A stretch of DNA of 64,000 nucleotides, taken from the NCBI GenBank assembly GCA_951406725.2, contig OX597837.1, forward strand, positions 11,098,001-11,162,000. Direction: 5' to 3'. Position 1 is the first letter of the stretch. Each line of letters starts with the position of its first letter. The translations under genes were made by a program, and so were the position numbers. Source of the stretch: Octopus vulgaris. Lineage: Eukaryota. This document shows positions 39,216 to 52,169 of this stretch, one piece after another. The notes beneath the pieces are model-generated. The model saw nothing but the letters and a program-made list of their open reading frames with translations. It did not search any database and had not been told where the DNA came from.

Positions 39216-39300
39216 GAGTATGCAGTCTTCGAAACATATGTCAAAAGTAAAGGAATTTTGTTAAAATCTTCGTTCGACTCCATTCTTTTCATTTATTCAT
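39212..39300 (+). mobile_element. Short PLE-type tail with the 3' half of a hammerhead, between (TA)n tracts
   Basis: cttc-GAAAC-atat-GTC (palindrome ACATATGT); inverted homologue at 63915-64000. Confidence 0.6.
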
Positions 39301-39407
39301 ATATATATATATTGTAATCCTTCTGTAGGCATTTTTAATTAGTTTTCTAGTTGCATACTGCTCCTACGATCTTGCATTCATAGCAAATACATTCTTTCTA
39401 TGTAAAA

Positions 39408-39950
39408 AAGTGGCGAACCGACAGAAACGTTAGCACGCCGGGCGAAATGCTTATCGGTATTTCGTCTGCCGTTACGTTCTGAGTTCAAATTCCGCCGAGG
39501 TCGATTTTACCGTTCATCCTTTCGGGGTCGATAAATTATGTACCAGTTGCACACTGGGGTCGATCTAATCTACTACGCCCCCTCCCCAAAATTTCGGGAC
39601 TTTGCCTTTCATCCTTTCGGGGTCGATTAAATAAGTACCAGTTACGCACTGGGGTCGATATAATCGACTTAATCCGTTTGATAAATTAAGTACTTGTTAC
39701 GCACTGGGGTCGTTATAATCGACTTAACCCCTTTGTCTGTCCTTGTTCGTCCTTTCTATGTTTAGCCCCTTGTGGGCAATAAAGTAATAGGTATTTGTCT
39801 GTCTTTACGTTCTGAGTTCAAATTCCACCGAGGTCGTCTTTGCTTTCATCCTTTCGGGGTGGATAAATTAAGTACCAGTTGCACACTGAGGTCGATGTAA
39901 TCTACTACGCCCCTTCCCCAAAATTTCGGGGCTTGTGCCTAGAATAGAAC
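39408..39950 (+). mobile_element. SINE A multimer with mixed tails
   Basis: Three catcctttcggggt cores. Confidence 0.88.
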
Positions 39951-40616
39951 AGATTCTTTCAATGTAAGACTTTGGGCGGTATATTCTAAACGTAGCCAAT
40001 ATTTTCCATGTTTTCCTGAAGTTGAGACTATCAAAGCTCTAACTCATTATGTTATCAGTTAAAGTATTAACTCCTTTTTCCTATATATTTTTCATTCATT
40101 TCTATTTCAAGAATTAATCTAATGAGTCTATTATATCCTTTTATAAGATTTTCTTAAAGTTGTGGATGTTGTACTGTCTCTACTTCATCGATTGCTAAAT
40201 ACTTATTTGCTCGTATTTAGTAGAGTTATTCCTTATCACAGTTGTAGTTTTTAAAATCCGTAAAAATTTTCTTCTCTCCGAGATCGCTTTATCGCAGTTT
40301 TCTCAGTTGAATCTCATGTTTTCTTCTGTAAATCCGTCTGCAGGGTGTAGTAATGTTTTTTTGTTTACCGCTGTCGTTATACAATATGTGATTAGGCAAT
40401 TGATCGTTAATTGATGCATCGTAGCATTTTTATTCGCATCTAATTCTGTTTGATATATCGTGATCACAAGCATCAACACCAGACAGAAAAAAGAGTGGAG
40501 AGAGGGAAAGCACTTGGAATATTCCTCTTTATCCTCAAGAAACTACTGATCAAGCAGATAAATAACTACAGACGTTCCACAAACGACCACCAGGCCTTTT
40601 ATTTTCAAACATATAT

Positions 40617-40831
40617 ATTTCTTCATTACCCACAAGGGGACAAACAAGGACAGACACACGGATTAAGTCGATTACATCGACCCCAGTGCGTAACTGGTAC
40701 TTAATTTATCGACCCCGAAAGGATGAAAGGCAAAGTCGACCTCGGCGGAATTTGAACTCAGAACGTAACGGCAGGCTAAATACCGCTAAGCGTTTCGCCT
40801 GACGTGCTAACGTTTCTGCCAGCTCACCGCC
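40617..40831 (-). mobile_element. SINE A with 16-bp TSD
   Basis: TSD attttcaaacatatat at 40601-40616 and 40832-40847. Confidence 0.92.
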
Positions 40832-40961
40832 ATTTTCAAACATATATTTTATCCTTTCCTTGTTTCAGTCATTGGACAGCAGCCATGGTTGGCCACTACT
40901 TTGAAGGGTTTAACTCTAACAGTTCGACTTCTAACGGGGAACAATATAGTTTTTACAATTA

Positions 40962-41515
40962 AGGCGACGAGCTGGCAGAAGCGTTAGCACGCCGGGCGAA
41001 ATGCTTAGCGGTATTTCGTTTGCCGCTACGTTCTGAGTTCAAATTCCGCCGAGGTCAACTTTGCCTTTCATCCTTTCGGGGTCGATTAAATAAGTACCAG
41101 TTACGCACTGGGGTCGATATAATCAACTTAATCCGTTTGTCTGTCCTTGTTTGTCCCCTCTGTGTTTAGCCCCTTGTGGGTAGTGAAGAAATAGGTATTT
41201 CGTCTGCCGTTACGTTCTGAGTTCAAATTCCGCCAAGGTCGACTTTGCCTTTCCTCCTTTCGGGGTCGATTAAATAAGTACCAGTTACGCACTGGGGTCG
41301 ATATAATCGACTTAATCCGTTTGTTTGTCCTTGTTTGTCCCCTCTGTGTTTAGCCCCTTGTGGGTAGTAAAGAAATAGGTATTTCGTCTGTCTTTACGCT
41401 CTGAGTTCACATTCCGCCGAGGTCGACGTTGCCTTTCATCATTTCGGAGTCGATAAATTAAATACCAGTTGCGTACTGGGGTCGATCTAATCGACTGGTC
41501 CCCTCCCCTAAAATT
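40962..41515 (+). mobile_element. SINE A trimer
   Basis: Bodies rejoin at gaaatag|gtatttcgtctg (41194, 41379). Confidence 0.92.
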
Positions 41516-41569
41516 TGTTTGCTGTTGCCACTTACTCGTGACATGTTTCGTTTCTGCCCTTATTTCTAC

Positions 41570-41690
41570 AGCTGAGTGAACTGGAGCAACGTGAAATAAA
41601 GAGTCTTGCTCAAGAACACAACACGCAGTCCGGTCCTGGAATCGAACTCACTACCTCATGATTGTGGGCTCGACGCTCTAATCACTACCC
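41570..41690 (-). mobile_element. SINE F head and central domain
   Basis: cagctgagtgaactggagcaacgtgaaataaag...ggaatcgaactc. Confidence 0.7.
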
Positions 41691-41825
41691 ACGCACGCAC
41701 ACACACACACACACACATGCATACACACGTGCTGCATTTGGATTCATTCACATATGTTTATATAATATACAAATATGCATATATACGTACATATAAAGCA
41801 TTCATCAGATTTAGCGAATTGAGAA

Positions 41826-42046
41826 AATTAACTTCAATTTGTTAATTAGTGGATGTAATTAAGTGCACAGATGCCTTTCTACTGATTATGGAAATGGCTA
41901 TTCTTTACCAGAAAATAATGTCCCCCTATCTTATAGATTTGTTTACCAAAGACAGAACAAAAGAGATTTGCAGGAACCAATGTTTAATATTACAGTTGAT
42001 TAACTTCAACCACACCAAACATAAGGAATGCACACAGACACAGCAA
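41826..42046 (+). repeat. Unclassified ~220-bp repeat H, inverted copy at 51012-51232
   Basis: Near-identical sequences; both ORF-track peptides begin MDVIKCTDAFLLIMEMA. Confidence 0.9.
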
Positions 42047-42086
42047 TATAGAAACAGAGCAACAACAAAAAATGTAAGTACTATTA

Positions 42087-42181
<95 letters not shown>

Positions 42182-43139
42182 CATACAACGAAAGACAGAA
42201 ATGGAAAACAAAACAAGCAACATAAACAATGACCCTTCATCAGTTGTTGGCTTTTTTTCTAGTCTCGTATTTCGAGCATTTAACAACAATATACGCTTTC
42301 GATAAAACAGTTGCTCCCGCAAAGCAAATTAAATAAAATTTGGGATTTTGCGTAGGGTCAAAATTGGTTGCAAAAACAGGATAATGAAAACAAACAGGAA
42401 GGGCTTCTAAGCCTAAACGAGGTTGTGGTGGCGAACGCATAGATCAAGCTAGGACAGGAGACAAGCAAGAACACGTCTTCCTTGTTCCACGCATCCTCTC
42501 CCAAGTAAGTTTTATCTTAATTATTCTGATGCGCACTCTACACGATCTTTTTACTCTTTCGTTTTTCTCTCTCCTATTCTTTTACCTCCTCTTCTCCCAC
42601 TATTCTTTCCTATTACTCTGTCACTCTCTCTTCGTCACTCCTCCCCCTTGCTCACTTGGCTCCCACGTAACCATCGGCCATCTTTCTTGCTTTCTCTCCG
42701 TTGTAGCTGGAACAAGGAAGTAAAGAGACCGATAGAATAAGTACTAGGCTTAAAAGAAGTCCTGGGGTCGATTCCTTCGACTAAAACCCCTCAAGGCGGT
42801 GCTCTAGCAATGCTACAGTAAAATGGCTGAAACAAAAAAAAAAGAATAAAAGAACATCTAATACATGTCGCGCAGTCTTCGGTGAGCAAACTGTATTTCG
42901 AACATCATGAGTAAACGTTATACAGTGAAAAGGCGAAAGAGAAAGCTTCATATTCAGTTAACAGAAAAAGGAAAAAAGAAAAAGGAAAAAGAAAAAAGAA
43001 AGAAAAGTGAGCAAAAACCAAAAACAAAACGGAAGAGTCAGTTCTGAAATGGTTTACTTATTTACCTAAGTAAATAGTATGGAATTATGTATGCGGCTTT
43101 GTTTGTATTACTCTCCCCCCCACCATTCACCTATATGCA

Positions 43140-43715
43140 TTCATACAAACGTACGTACATATATACATACGTACATACATACATGCATACACACACATGC
43201 ATATATACATACATACGTACATACACACACATACATGCATAGTTACATACATATACATATATACACACACATGCATACATACATATGCATACATGCACAT
43301 GCATACATACATACACACACATACACACAGACACACATACATACATGTATAGACCCACATATATAGATACACACATAGTACATACTTACGTACGCACATA
43401 CATAAACATCTATACACATATATACTTTCATGCATACATACATACATACATGCATGCATGCATGCATACATACATACATACATACATACACATATACATA
43501 CATGCATAATCTACACATACATACATACACACATATATACATGCATACATACATACACATACATACACACATACATACATGCATACATACATAGACACAT
43601 ACATACACACATACATGGACACATACATACACACATACATACATACATGCATACATACATACGTACATACGTACACACTTACATACATACGCACACGCAT
43701 ACATACATACTCCCA
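43140..43715. repeat. (TACA)n microsatellite
   Basis: Directly visible. Confidence 0.95.
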
Positions 43716-43872
43716 CATATCCATATATGGTGGAACAGTTTTTAGACTTGAATTGAAAACATATTTCTGTAGTTTTATCAAGTTTTGTTTTTGCTGATGA
43801 TTCCGTATCTGCCTCCTCCTCAGTTTTGGATACGCGGAAAAGATAATTTTAATTATATGCACCCCAGAAACG

Positions 43873-43949
<77 letters not shown>

Positions 43950-44001
43950 ACACACACACACACACGCACACACACACACACAAATATATAAGTGCACACA
44001 C

Positions 44002-44365
<364 letters not shown>

Positions 44366-45005
44366 ATATCAATCTATCTTTCTATCTAAAGAAAGAGAGA
44401 GCCAAGAAAAGTGAGAGAGAGAGAGGAGGAGCGAGAAAAAGGAAGGAGGAAGAAAGTAGGAGGGGTACAAAAAGATGGAGTAAGAGTCCTATATATACAC
44501 ATACACGCAGATATATCTTTATTAATTAAAATGTTCGTGACAGCCGGGTGTGCTGTTTATATCTACAAACGATTGAAAAATGGTAAAAAAAGATTCCCAG
44601 ATAATATCAAGAGGAGAGAGCTCTGGAAAGAAAAGATAAAAATAATTGAAAATTTTGCAATCGAAATGAAGAGAGCCGCGTTTACTCAGATTTTTGTTTT
44701 CAATGGAATTATTAACGGAAATAAATTAAATATGAAGAGAAATCAAGAATAACACGTAGATGTCCTTTACAAGTCATTGGTTAAGCTGAAACTATTGTGT
44801 ACGAGACACTAGTCAGGGTACAGCACAGGGCGTTCCAAAAACGAAAGAACCGATTTAAACCCCCCCCCCCATTCAATTTCGCTGCCCACCACTCCCGAGA
44901 GGGTCATCGGGGTAGAGTACAAAGCACTACCTCTGTAGGGGTCCTATCAGTTGGATACTGATAGGACCTCTACTTTTTCGGTACTTTTTCGGTACTTTTT
45001 CGCAA

Positions 45006-45242
45006 GGCGGCGAGCTGGCAGAATCGTTAGCACGCCGGACGAAATACGTAACCGTATTTCGTCTGCCGCTATGTTCTGAGTTCAAATTCCGCCGAGGTCG
45101 ACTTTGCCTTTCATCCTTTCGGGGTCGATTAAATAAGTACCAGTTACGCACTGGGGTCGATATAATCGACTTAATCCGTTTGTCTTTGTCTGTCCTTGTT
45201 TGTCCCCTCTGTGTTTAGCCCCTTGTGGGTAATAAAGAAACA
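45006..45242 (+). mobile_element. SINE A with 15-16-bp TSD, at the start of a LINE endonuclease fragment
   Basis: TSD ggtactttttcgcaag at 44991-45006 and 45243-45258. Confidence 0.93.
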
Positions 45243-45540
45243 GGTACTTTTTCGCAAGAGTCTGGATCTCGAATTAAAGACAATATTCGTAGACCCGGAG
45301 GGTAGACTGGTCGTCCTGGATGTTGACGGCAGCAATGGGTGCGCTTTTCGACTCGTATCAGTCTACGCATCGCCTTTAACAGGTCGGCCGGATTTCTTTC
45401 GACGCCTAGAAGTATTCCTAGGAACGTCTCGTCCCTAACTTTTTGTGGGGGATTGGAATGCTACATTGGACACACATATAGACTACGTGGGCAGAGATAG
45501 GAATAGACGGGAATGCAAATGCCTGCTCAGACGCTTTTAA
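45243..45540 (+). pseudogene. Tx1/L1-clade LINE APE endonuclease fragment, followed by (TCTA)n
   Basis: VLFRKSL...DPEGRLVVLDV...FRLVSVYASP...FFRRLE...FVGDWNATLD..ID. Confidence 0.88.
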
Positions 45541-45543
45541 CTG

Positions 45544-45589
<46 letters not shown>

Positions 45590-45977
45590 GATCGATCGAT
45601 CTATCTATCTGTCTATATACATATACATATGTGTGTGCTTATGTGTGTGTGTGTGTGTATGTGTGCGCGTGTGTGCCTTTGTGTCTGTGTCTGTCATCTT
45701 CAATTGCTTGACAGCCAGTGTTGTTTGTTTGCGTTCTTTATAACTTAGCGGTTCAACAAGAAAAGTAGAATGAATAAAGACCAAATAAAGACCAAAAAAG
45801 TTGATTTGTTCGACTAAAACTTCCAGAGCGGTGCCCCAGCATGGCCGTAGTCCGGTAACTGAAACAAGCAAAACACCAAAAATATAAAAGCGGTTTCTTC
45901 AATCATAAAAGAAATTACTTCTCAAATTCCATAAGATTTTAATATGTAATTGATACTTAATTGATTATAATAAAAGA

Positions 45978-46375
45978 CCGAGCTGGCAGAAACGTTAGCA
46001 CGCCGGGCGAAATGCTTAGCTGTATTTCGTCTGCCGCTACGTTCTGAGTTCAAATTCCGCCGAGGACGACTTTGACTTTCATCCTTTTGGGGTCGATTAA
46101 ATCAGTACCAGTTACGCACTGGGGTTGATATGATCAACTTAATCCGTTTGTCTGTCCTTGTTTGTCCTCTCTGTGGGCAGTAAAAGAAATAGGTATTTCG
46201 ACTGCCGCTACGTTCTGAGTTCAAATTCCACCGAGGTCGACTTTGCTTTCATCCTTTCGGGGTCGATAAATTAAGTACCAGTTACGTACTGGGGTCGATA
46301 TAATCGACTTAATCCATTTGTCTGTCCTTGTTTGTCCCCTCTTTGTTTAGCCCCTTGTGGGTAGTAAAGAAATAA
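45978..46375 (+). mobile_element. SINE A dimer
   Basis: Junction gaaatag|gtatttcg at ~46192. Confidence 0.9.
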
Positions 46376-46930
46376 ATAAAAAGACAACGTGGTTTTGTTC
46401 GCGGTTACGCTGGTAGAGGGAGACTGAAGCAACTGTAAGAGGACGAATGAGTGACAGTCAGAGAGAATAATTTAACGACGCGGGGAAAGGGAGAGAATTA
46501 AAATTATTTAAGATAGCAGTGAGAGATTTTGTAATTTCATTTTCATGAATTTGCAAATTTTTGTCGTAAAATTTTGCAAGAAAAATATTTTTGCACTTAA
46601 TTTCATGGTTTATGTTCAAAATGGAAATAACAAAATCAAAAGAAAAATTTGAAAATGAAGCTTGCTAAATGTTGATTTTAGAAAATGGAAGTTCACGCGC
46701 ACACATACACGAGCAGAAACACACAATGACACACACACATACACACAAATGCGCGCGCATATCGAGCACAAACACAGACAGACACACGCATATATACGAA
46801 CACAGACACATACAGACGCACATAGACGTATGCATGCGCGAAGGCACGCTGCTGTTTGTTTACAAAAATAGTCTTAAACAAATGAGAGGGAATAGGTTTA
46901 GCGTAAAATTTCAAGAACACACACACACAC

Positions 46931-46966
<36 letters not shown>

Positions 46967-47291
46967 GTGTATAAAAAAATGTGGATGATAATATTTCCAG
47001 GAAATAATATCTTAAATTTCATTCACACACATACTTTGGTGCAGAAATTATTTGCGAAAGAAATATGGTTTTAATGTCATATATGCATTCACAGGTGCAT
47101 AGCTTAGTGGTTAGAGCGTAAGGTTGCTAGTTCGATTCCCGGCCACGTGTTGTGTCATTTATTTCACATTGCTCCAGTCCACTCATATACATATATATAT
47201 ATATACACGTACACAGATATACACACACATACATATATATACATACCTACGTACATATATACATATACATACATATACATATATATATATG

Positions 47292-47685
47292 TACTCTTTT
47301 ACTCTTTACTTGTTTCAGTCATTTGACTGCGGCCATGCTGGAGCACCGCCTTTAGTCGGGACTTATTCTTTGTAAGCCCAGTACTTATTCTATCTCTTTT
47401 GCCGAACCGCTAAGTGACGGGGACGTAAACACACCAGCATCGGTTGTCAAGCAATGCTAGGAGGACAAACACAGACACATAAATACATACACACACACTT
47501 ATATATATATACATTTATACGACAGGCTTCTTTCAGTTTCCGTCTACCAAATCCACTCACACGGCATTGGTCGGCCCGGGGCTATAGCAGAAGACTCTTG
47601 CCCAAGATGCCACGCAGTGGGACTGAACCCGGAACCATGCGGTTGGTTAGCAAGCTACTAACCACACAGGCACTCCTACGCCTTA
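47292..47685 (-). mobile_element. Near full-length SINE B
   Basis: Collinear with 10350-10760. Confidence 0.9.
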
Positions 47686-47689
47686 CTTA

Positions 47690-47761
<72 letters not shown>

Positions 47762-47769
47762 CACGTTTC

Positions 47770-48080
47770 TCTCACTATGTGACCCGTGACCAAACAAATA
47801 GAAACAACTGAGTGTTACCAGGATGTAGCCAAAGAACCGAGGAGACTGGAAAACCAAGATAGCAATTATTTCTGTCGTACTTGGTACACTTGGCACAACA
47901 CCCAAAATGCTACCTACAAAAAAAAAAGACAAAAAAAACAAAAACAAATGAAAGGAAGTGGAATCGAAACTCGCGTTGTCGACCTGCAGAAAAATACCAT
48001 CCTATATTCTGCAAGAATCTAAATAAAAGTTCCTGAGATTTGAGGAGACTTGTAGTCACCAAACCTCAAGATAAAATACC
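47770..48080 (+). pseudogene. Degenerate RLE-type (R4/Dong-like) LINE C-terminus
   Basis: YQDVAKEPRRL / ISVVLGTLGTTPK / DLQKNTILYSARI resemble KY.DL..E..RLW..VIPVV.GALG..LQK..IL..ARIL. Confidence 0.65.
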
Positions 48081-48944
48081 CTCTTACTTAATTAGCAGGC
48101 ACCGCGTATATAATAACAAAGGCAACGATACCTGTCGAGTAAAACGAGATAGACAACTGCTGCGTGTGCAATTAGTATTGTTCTATTTTCCTAATGCTTC
48201 AAATATTTTCAAATTGAAATTGGTTTAAAAAATCATAATTAAATTCCATAAACGTTTAAATTTTCATTGGCGTCAGCTGCATGATTTTTGTTCTCTCCCA
48301 AGTACTTTCGAAAGGAACGTGTACAACCACAAAACCTAAAAAAACCCCTAAATAACAAGAATTAATTAAATTTACCATATCTGTAACTGCAAGATGAATT
48401 CTCTTACGAGAAAATATGATGTACATTATTGAAAAAAATAAATCCTCGTTCTACGCAAAGAGAATTCAGGACAACGAGAGTAATGGTATTTAATGCTATT
48501 TCTAATCCTTGGCACTGTTAGTGGAATCTTATAATCATAGCAGTTGCAGTTAACATTTTTTCCCATGATCACAAAAATGGATAACGTAGAATTTACGATG
48601 AAAATGTTTATAGAATTCACGCAAATATTCTTTAGCTGCTTTCCAAGAAATAATAACAACATCGATTGTCGAAGACTCTCAGGTAACAATGTTTACCAAT
48701 TTCTGAATTATATGGTTAGTTATTTGAGGATTACTGTCAGGTTTTGCGTTATCATAATCTTTTGGCGCAGGAGTGGCTGTGTGGTAACAAGCTTGCTTCC
48801 CAGCCACGTGGTCCCAGGTTCAATCCCGCTGCGTGGCACCTTGGGCAAGAGTCTTCTAATATAACGTCGGGCCGACCAAAACCTTGTGAGTGGATTTGGT
48901 AGATGGAAACTGAAAGAAGCCCGTCGTATATATATATATATATA

Positions 48945-49920
48945 TATACGTTTAAATATTTGTTGTGCAAGATTTTTTATGTGAAGTCGTGTGTTGAAAC
49001 AGATATTGTTATATTTCGGAATGGTCATATTGCCAGTTTAGCCAATAAAAACACACGCACTATATATTTGGTGTTATTTTGCTTCAGTGATATTTATTTT
49101 TTACATTAATCTTAATCTTATTTCGGCCAAAGTTCTTTCGTCACACTCCTGTGACCGCATCAGTGGTCCTTTGTTTTCTTTCACTTACTTGTGTCTCTCC
49201 TTACTAACCGTCAGCCATTTTATATTTCTATTGTATGTCTTCATTTGCGCATGTTTATATCTCTATGTGCGTCTATGTTTATTTAGTGTGTGTGTGGGGG
49301 GATGCCTGTAATATTTGTATCTTCTGGTTATATACATTCTTGTAATTTGTATTTTGTTTTTGTTGTTGTTGCTTTTGTTCTAATTTTGTTCATGTGTTTA
49401 CATCCACCCATTGTTATCATTACATATGCTTGTATGTATGTATAACAACAATATTAGTAATAATAATAATAAATCTAATGGAAAAAAAAAAAAAAAAAAA
49501 AAGTAATATACATATACATATATATATATACATACACATACATATACATATATATATATATACATATACACACACATATATACACATATACATATACATA
49601 TACATATATATAGATATTCATTTCTATTTCTTTAATTATCTGTGTATTTATTATGTTTGCAGGATCCACTATTGTCATATGTTGTGGTGTGCGCTATTGC
49701 TCCATTCTAGTTTTCTATTCAGGCTAGGTTTATTTTCTATTATATGTGTAGCTTCTGTAATTTGTCTAATTGTTGCATCTGTTCTATGTGTGGACAATAT
49801 CTTAATCTCTATGTTATTGATTGATCCCCCGTGTTCTTGTTCGGCATGTTGGTACAGAATCGATGAGCTTTTACCTTCCTTGAGTTGTCACCAATGTTCA
49901 TTCACCCGCTCACCAATGCT
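48945..49920 (-). mobile_element. Penelope-like element 3' end: GIY-YIG C-terminal half (49915-49690), 3' UTR and hammerhead variant
   Basis: RVNEHW*QLKEGKSSSILYQHAEQEHGG...IKILSTHRTDATIRQITEATHIIENKPSLNRKLEW; ends in (TA)n. Confidence 0.8.
49127..49166 (-). ncRNA. Minimal hammerhead variant (CUGAUGC core)
   Basis: cca-CTGATGC-g-GTCACA-ggag-TGTGAC-GAAAG-aa-CTT-tgg. Confidence 0.6.
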
Positions 49921-49934
49921 TCTATATATATATA

Positions 49935-50117
49935 GTTAATCCAAACAAGAAAACACAAAAAAACAAAAAAAACACAACAACGCGAGGACGTGGAACAAAT
50001 AAAGTATTATTGGACGCTCAGGAAAGAAGGGAAGAAGGAGGGTTTAACGTTTCGAGCGGAGCTCTTCGTCGGAAACATAGGAGAAGGAAAGATCCCGAGA
50101 AGGGAAGACAGAGGAAA
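49935..50117 (-). mobile_element. PLE-type tail with CCGANGA hammerhead (50042-50076)
   Basis: Reverse complement gttt-CCGACGA-a-GAGC-tcc-GCTC-GAAAC-GTT-aaac; homologous to 62200-62412; ends in (TA)n. Confidence 0.7.
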
Positions 50118-50369
50118 TATATATATTTGTGTTTCTGTGTTTGTCTCCCCACCATTGCTTGAATAACGATGCTGGTGTGTTTACGTCCCCGTAACTTAGC
50201 GGTTCTGCATAAGATACCGATAGAATATGTACTAGGCTTACAAAGAATAAGTCCTGGGGTCGATTTGTTCGACTAAAGGCGGTACTCCAGCGTGGCCGCA
50301 GCCAAATGACTGAAAAAATAAAAGAATAAAAGAATACCAAACGTAAATTCATATTTATTATTCCTAAAT

Positions 50370-50555
50370 TCAGTTGCCGGACAAAATGCTTAGCGCCATT
50401 TCGTCCGTCTTTAAGTTCTGAGTTGAAATTCCGCCGTGGTCGATTTTGCTTCCAATCCTTTCGGGGTCGGTAGACTAGGGACCAGACGAGAAACTGGGGT
50501 CGATGTAATCGACTTAGCCCCTCTCCCGAAATTGCTGGCCTTGTGCAAAAATTTA
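50370..50555 (+). mobile_element. Degenerate SINE A, older tail
   Basis: aaatgcttagcgccatttcg...atcctttcggggtcg...cccgaaattgctggccttgtgc. Confidence 0.75.
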
Positions 50556-50569
50556 AAACCATTATTACT

Positions 50570-50888
50570 ACATCCTGTAATCTTTGGTGTGATAAAAGAC
50601 GTCTTATCCACAATCCCTATTGATCGTTTTTTTTCTCTTCCCCCTTTTTTCCCCTTTTTTCTTCTTTTTTCATTTCTCTTTTCTTTTGTTCCTTTTCCTT
50701 TTTTAATTTATTTATTTATTTTTTTTTTGTTCTTTTCTTCCCTTTTACAATCTCTCTTGATCGAAAACCTACGCCACCCCCATTTTTTTTGTTTCTTTTG
50801 TTTTTTGTTTTTTTCATCCCCCAAAAGAAAAGCTCTACCTTGTAACTTGTCCCATCTGTGTGCAGCCCTGTGTGGCCAATAAAGAAAC

Positions 50889-50889
<1 letters not shown>
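50570..50889 (+). mobile_element. LINE 3' UTR (probably Tx1-like) ending in aataaagaaac and (TATC)n
   Basis: Homologous to 61780-61995 (atccctattgatc, ttgatcgaaaacc, ccccaaaagaaaagctctaccttgtaa). Confidence 0.7.
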
Positions 50890-50968
<79 letters not shown>

Positions 50969-51583
50969 AAGTATGTATGATAATATTATGGTATTTGCGT
51001 TTACCTTGTTGTTGCTGTGTCTGTGTACATTCCTTATGTTTGGCGTGGTTGAAGTTAATCAACTGTAATATTAAACATTGGTTCCTGCAAAACTCTTTTG
51101 TTCTGTCTTTGGTAAACAAATCTATGAGATAGGGGGATATTATTTTCTTGCAAAGAACAGCCATTTCCATAATCAGTAGAAAGGCATCTGTGCACTTAAT
51201 TACATCCACTAATTAACAAATTGAAATTAACGTTCTCAACTCTGTAATTAGCTTAGATATACATATACATATACATACATACATACATACATACATACAT
51301 ACATACATACATACAAACATATATATATATTCATACATACATACATATAGTGTGTGAGGGATTTAGTTCACTGGTGATCTAAACGAATAGGTACGCTGCG
51401 TAAGTGCTATAATTGATCAACTGTTTGGTTCCAAGCTGACAGCTGAGGCTGGAGCTAGGGATCCGTAGTAGGCTTCCGGTTCAGCAGATGTATATGAAAG
51501 GAAAAGGAAAAGACAAGAGTAAAAACAAAACAAAAAAAAACGTCCAACCCCTTGGTTTTGTTTACCTTTTCCTTTAATGCATG

Positions 51584-51629
<46 letters not shown>

Positions 51630-52091
51630 ATATTTTAATTTTGCAGTCTTATTGTTACGTCTTGTTTGTGTTCGTACTCATTTTGCCCCGCTGCTTGGAA
51701 TTTTATTTTAATTCTCTCGCAGGAAGGCTTATTGGATTAGTGTTCTGTCTATGCCTTCGAAACATGCCTGACTCCACTAGTGACAGCTGTTGACGGGGGT
51801 TTTGTCCTTGTGTAGCTCGTCCTGTAATTGTTTTTCGTTTTCTTGTTTTTCGTTTTTCGTTTTCTTGTTTTTTGTTTTTTGTTTTTTTTTCCGTTTCTAC
51901 GTCTTATTGTGATGTCCTGTACTCACGTATAATTATTTATATATGCATGTATATATACATGTAGATGTAGGTACGTACATATATGTTTGTATGTATGCAT
52001 ATATTTTTATTTATCACCTTATTGTCTGACAGCGCCCCGCATCAGGTTCGTTCCGATTCGTCGTTTCGGTCCACTTCTTTGTTCCTTTTTT

Positions 52092-52151
<60 letters not shown>

Positions 52152-52169
52152 CGAGAGTGAGAGAGAGAG

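Larger units (their letters stand above)
48765..50335 (+). mobile_element. SINE B split at its internal TA tract by two PLE-derived pieces
   Basis: Head and core 48765-48927; tail resumes 50125-50335. Confidence 0.85.

Noticed and set aside
49888-49890. In-frame TGA in the PLE GIY-YIG as possible selenocysteine
   Set aside because: Not at an evident Cys position in a truncated copy; simple CGA>TGA decay is more likely and no SECIS was identified.
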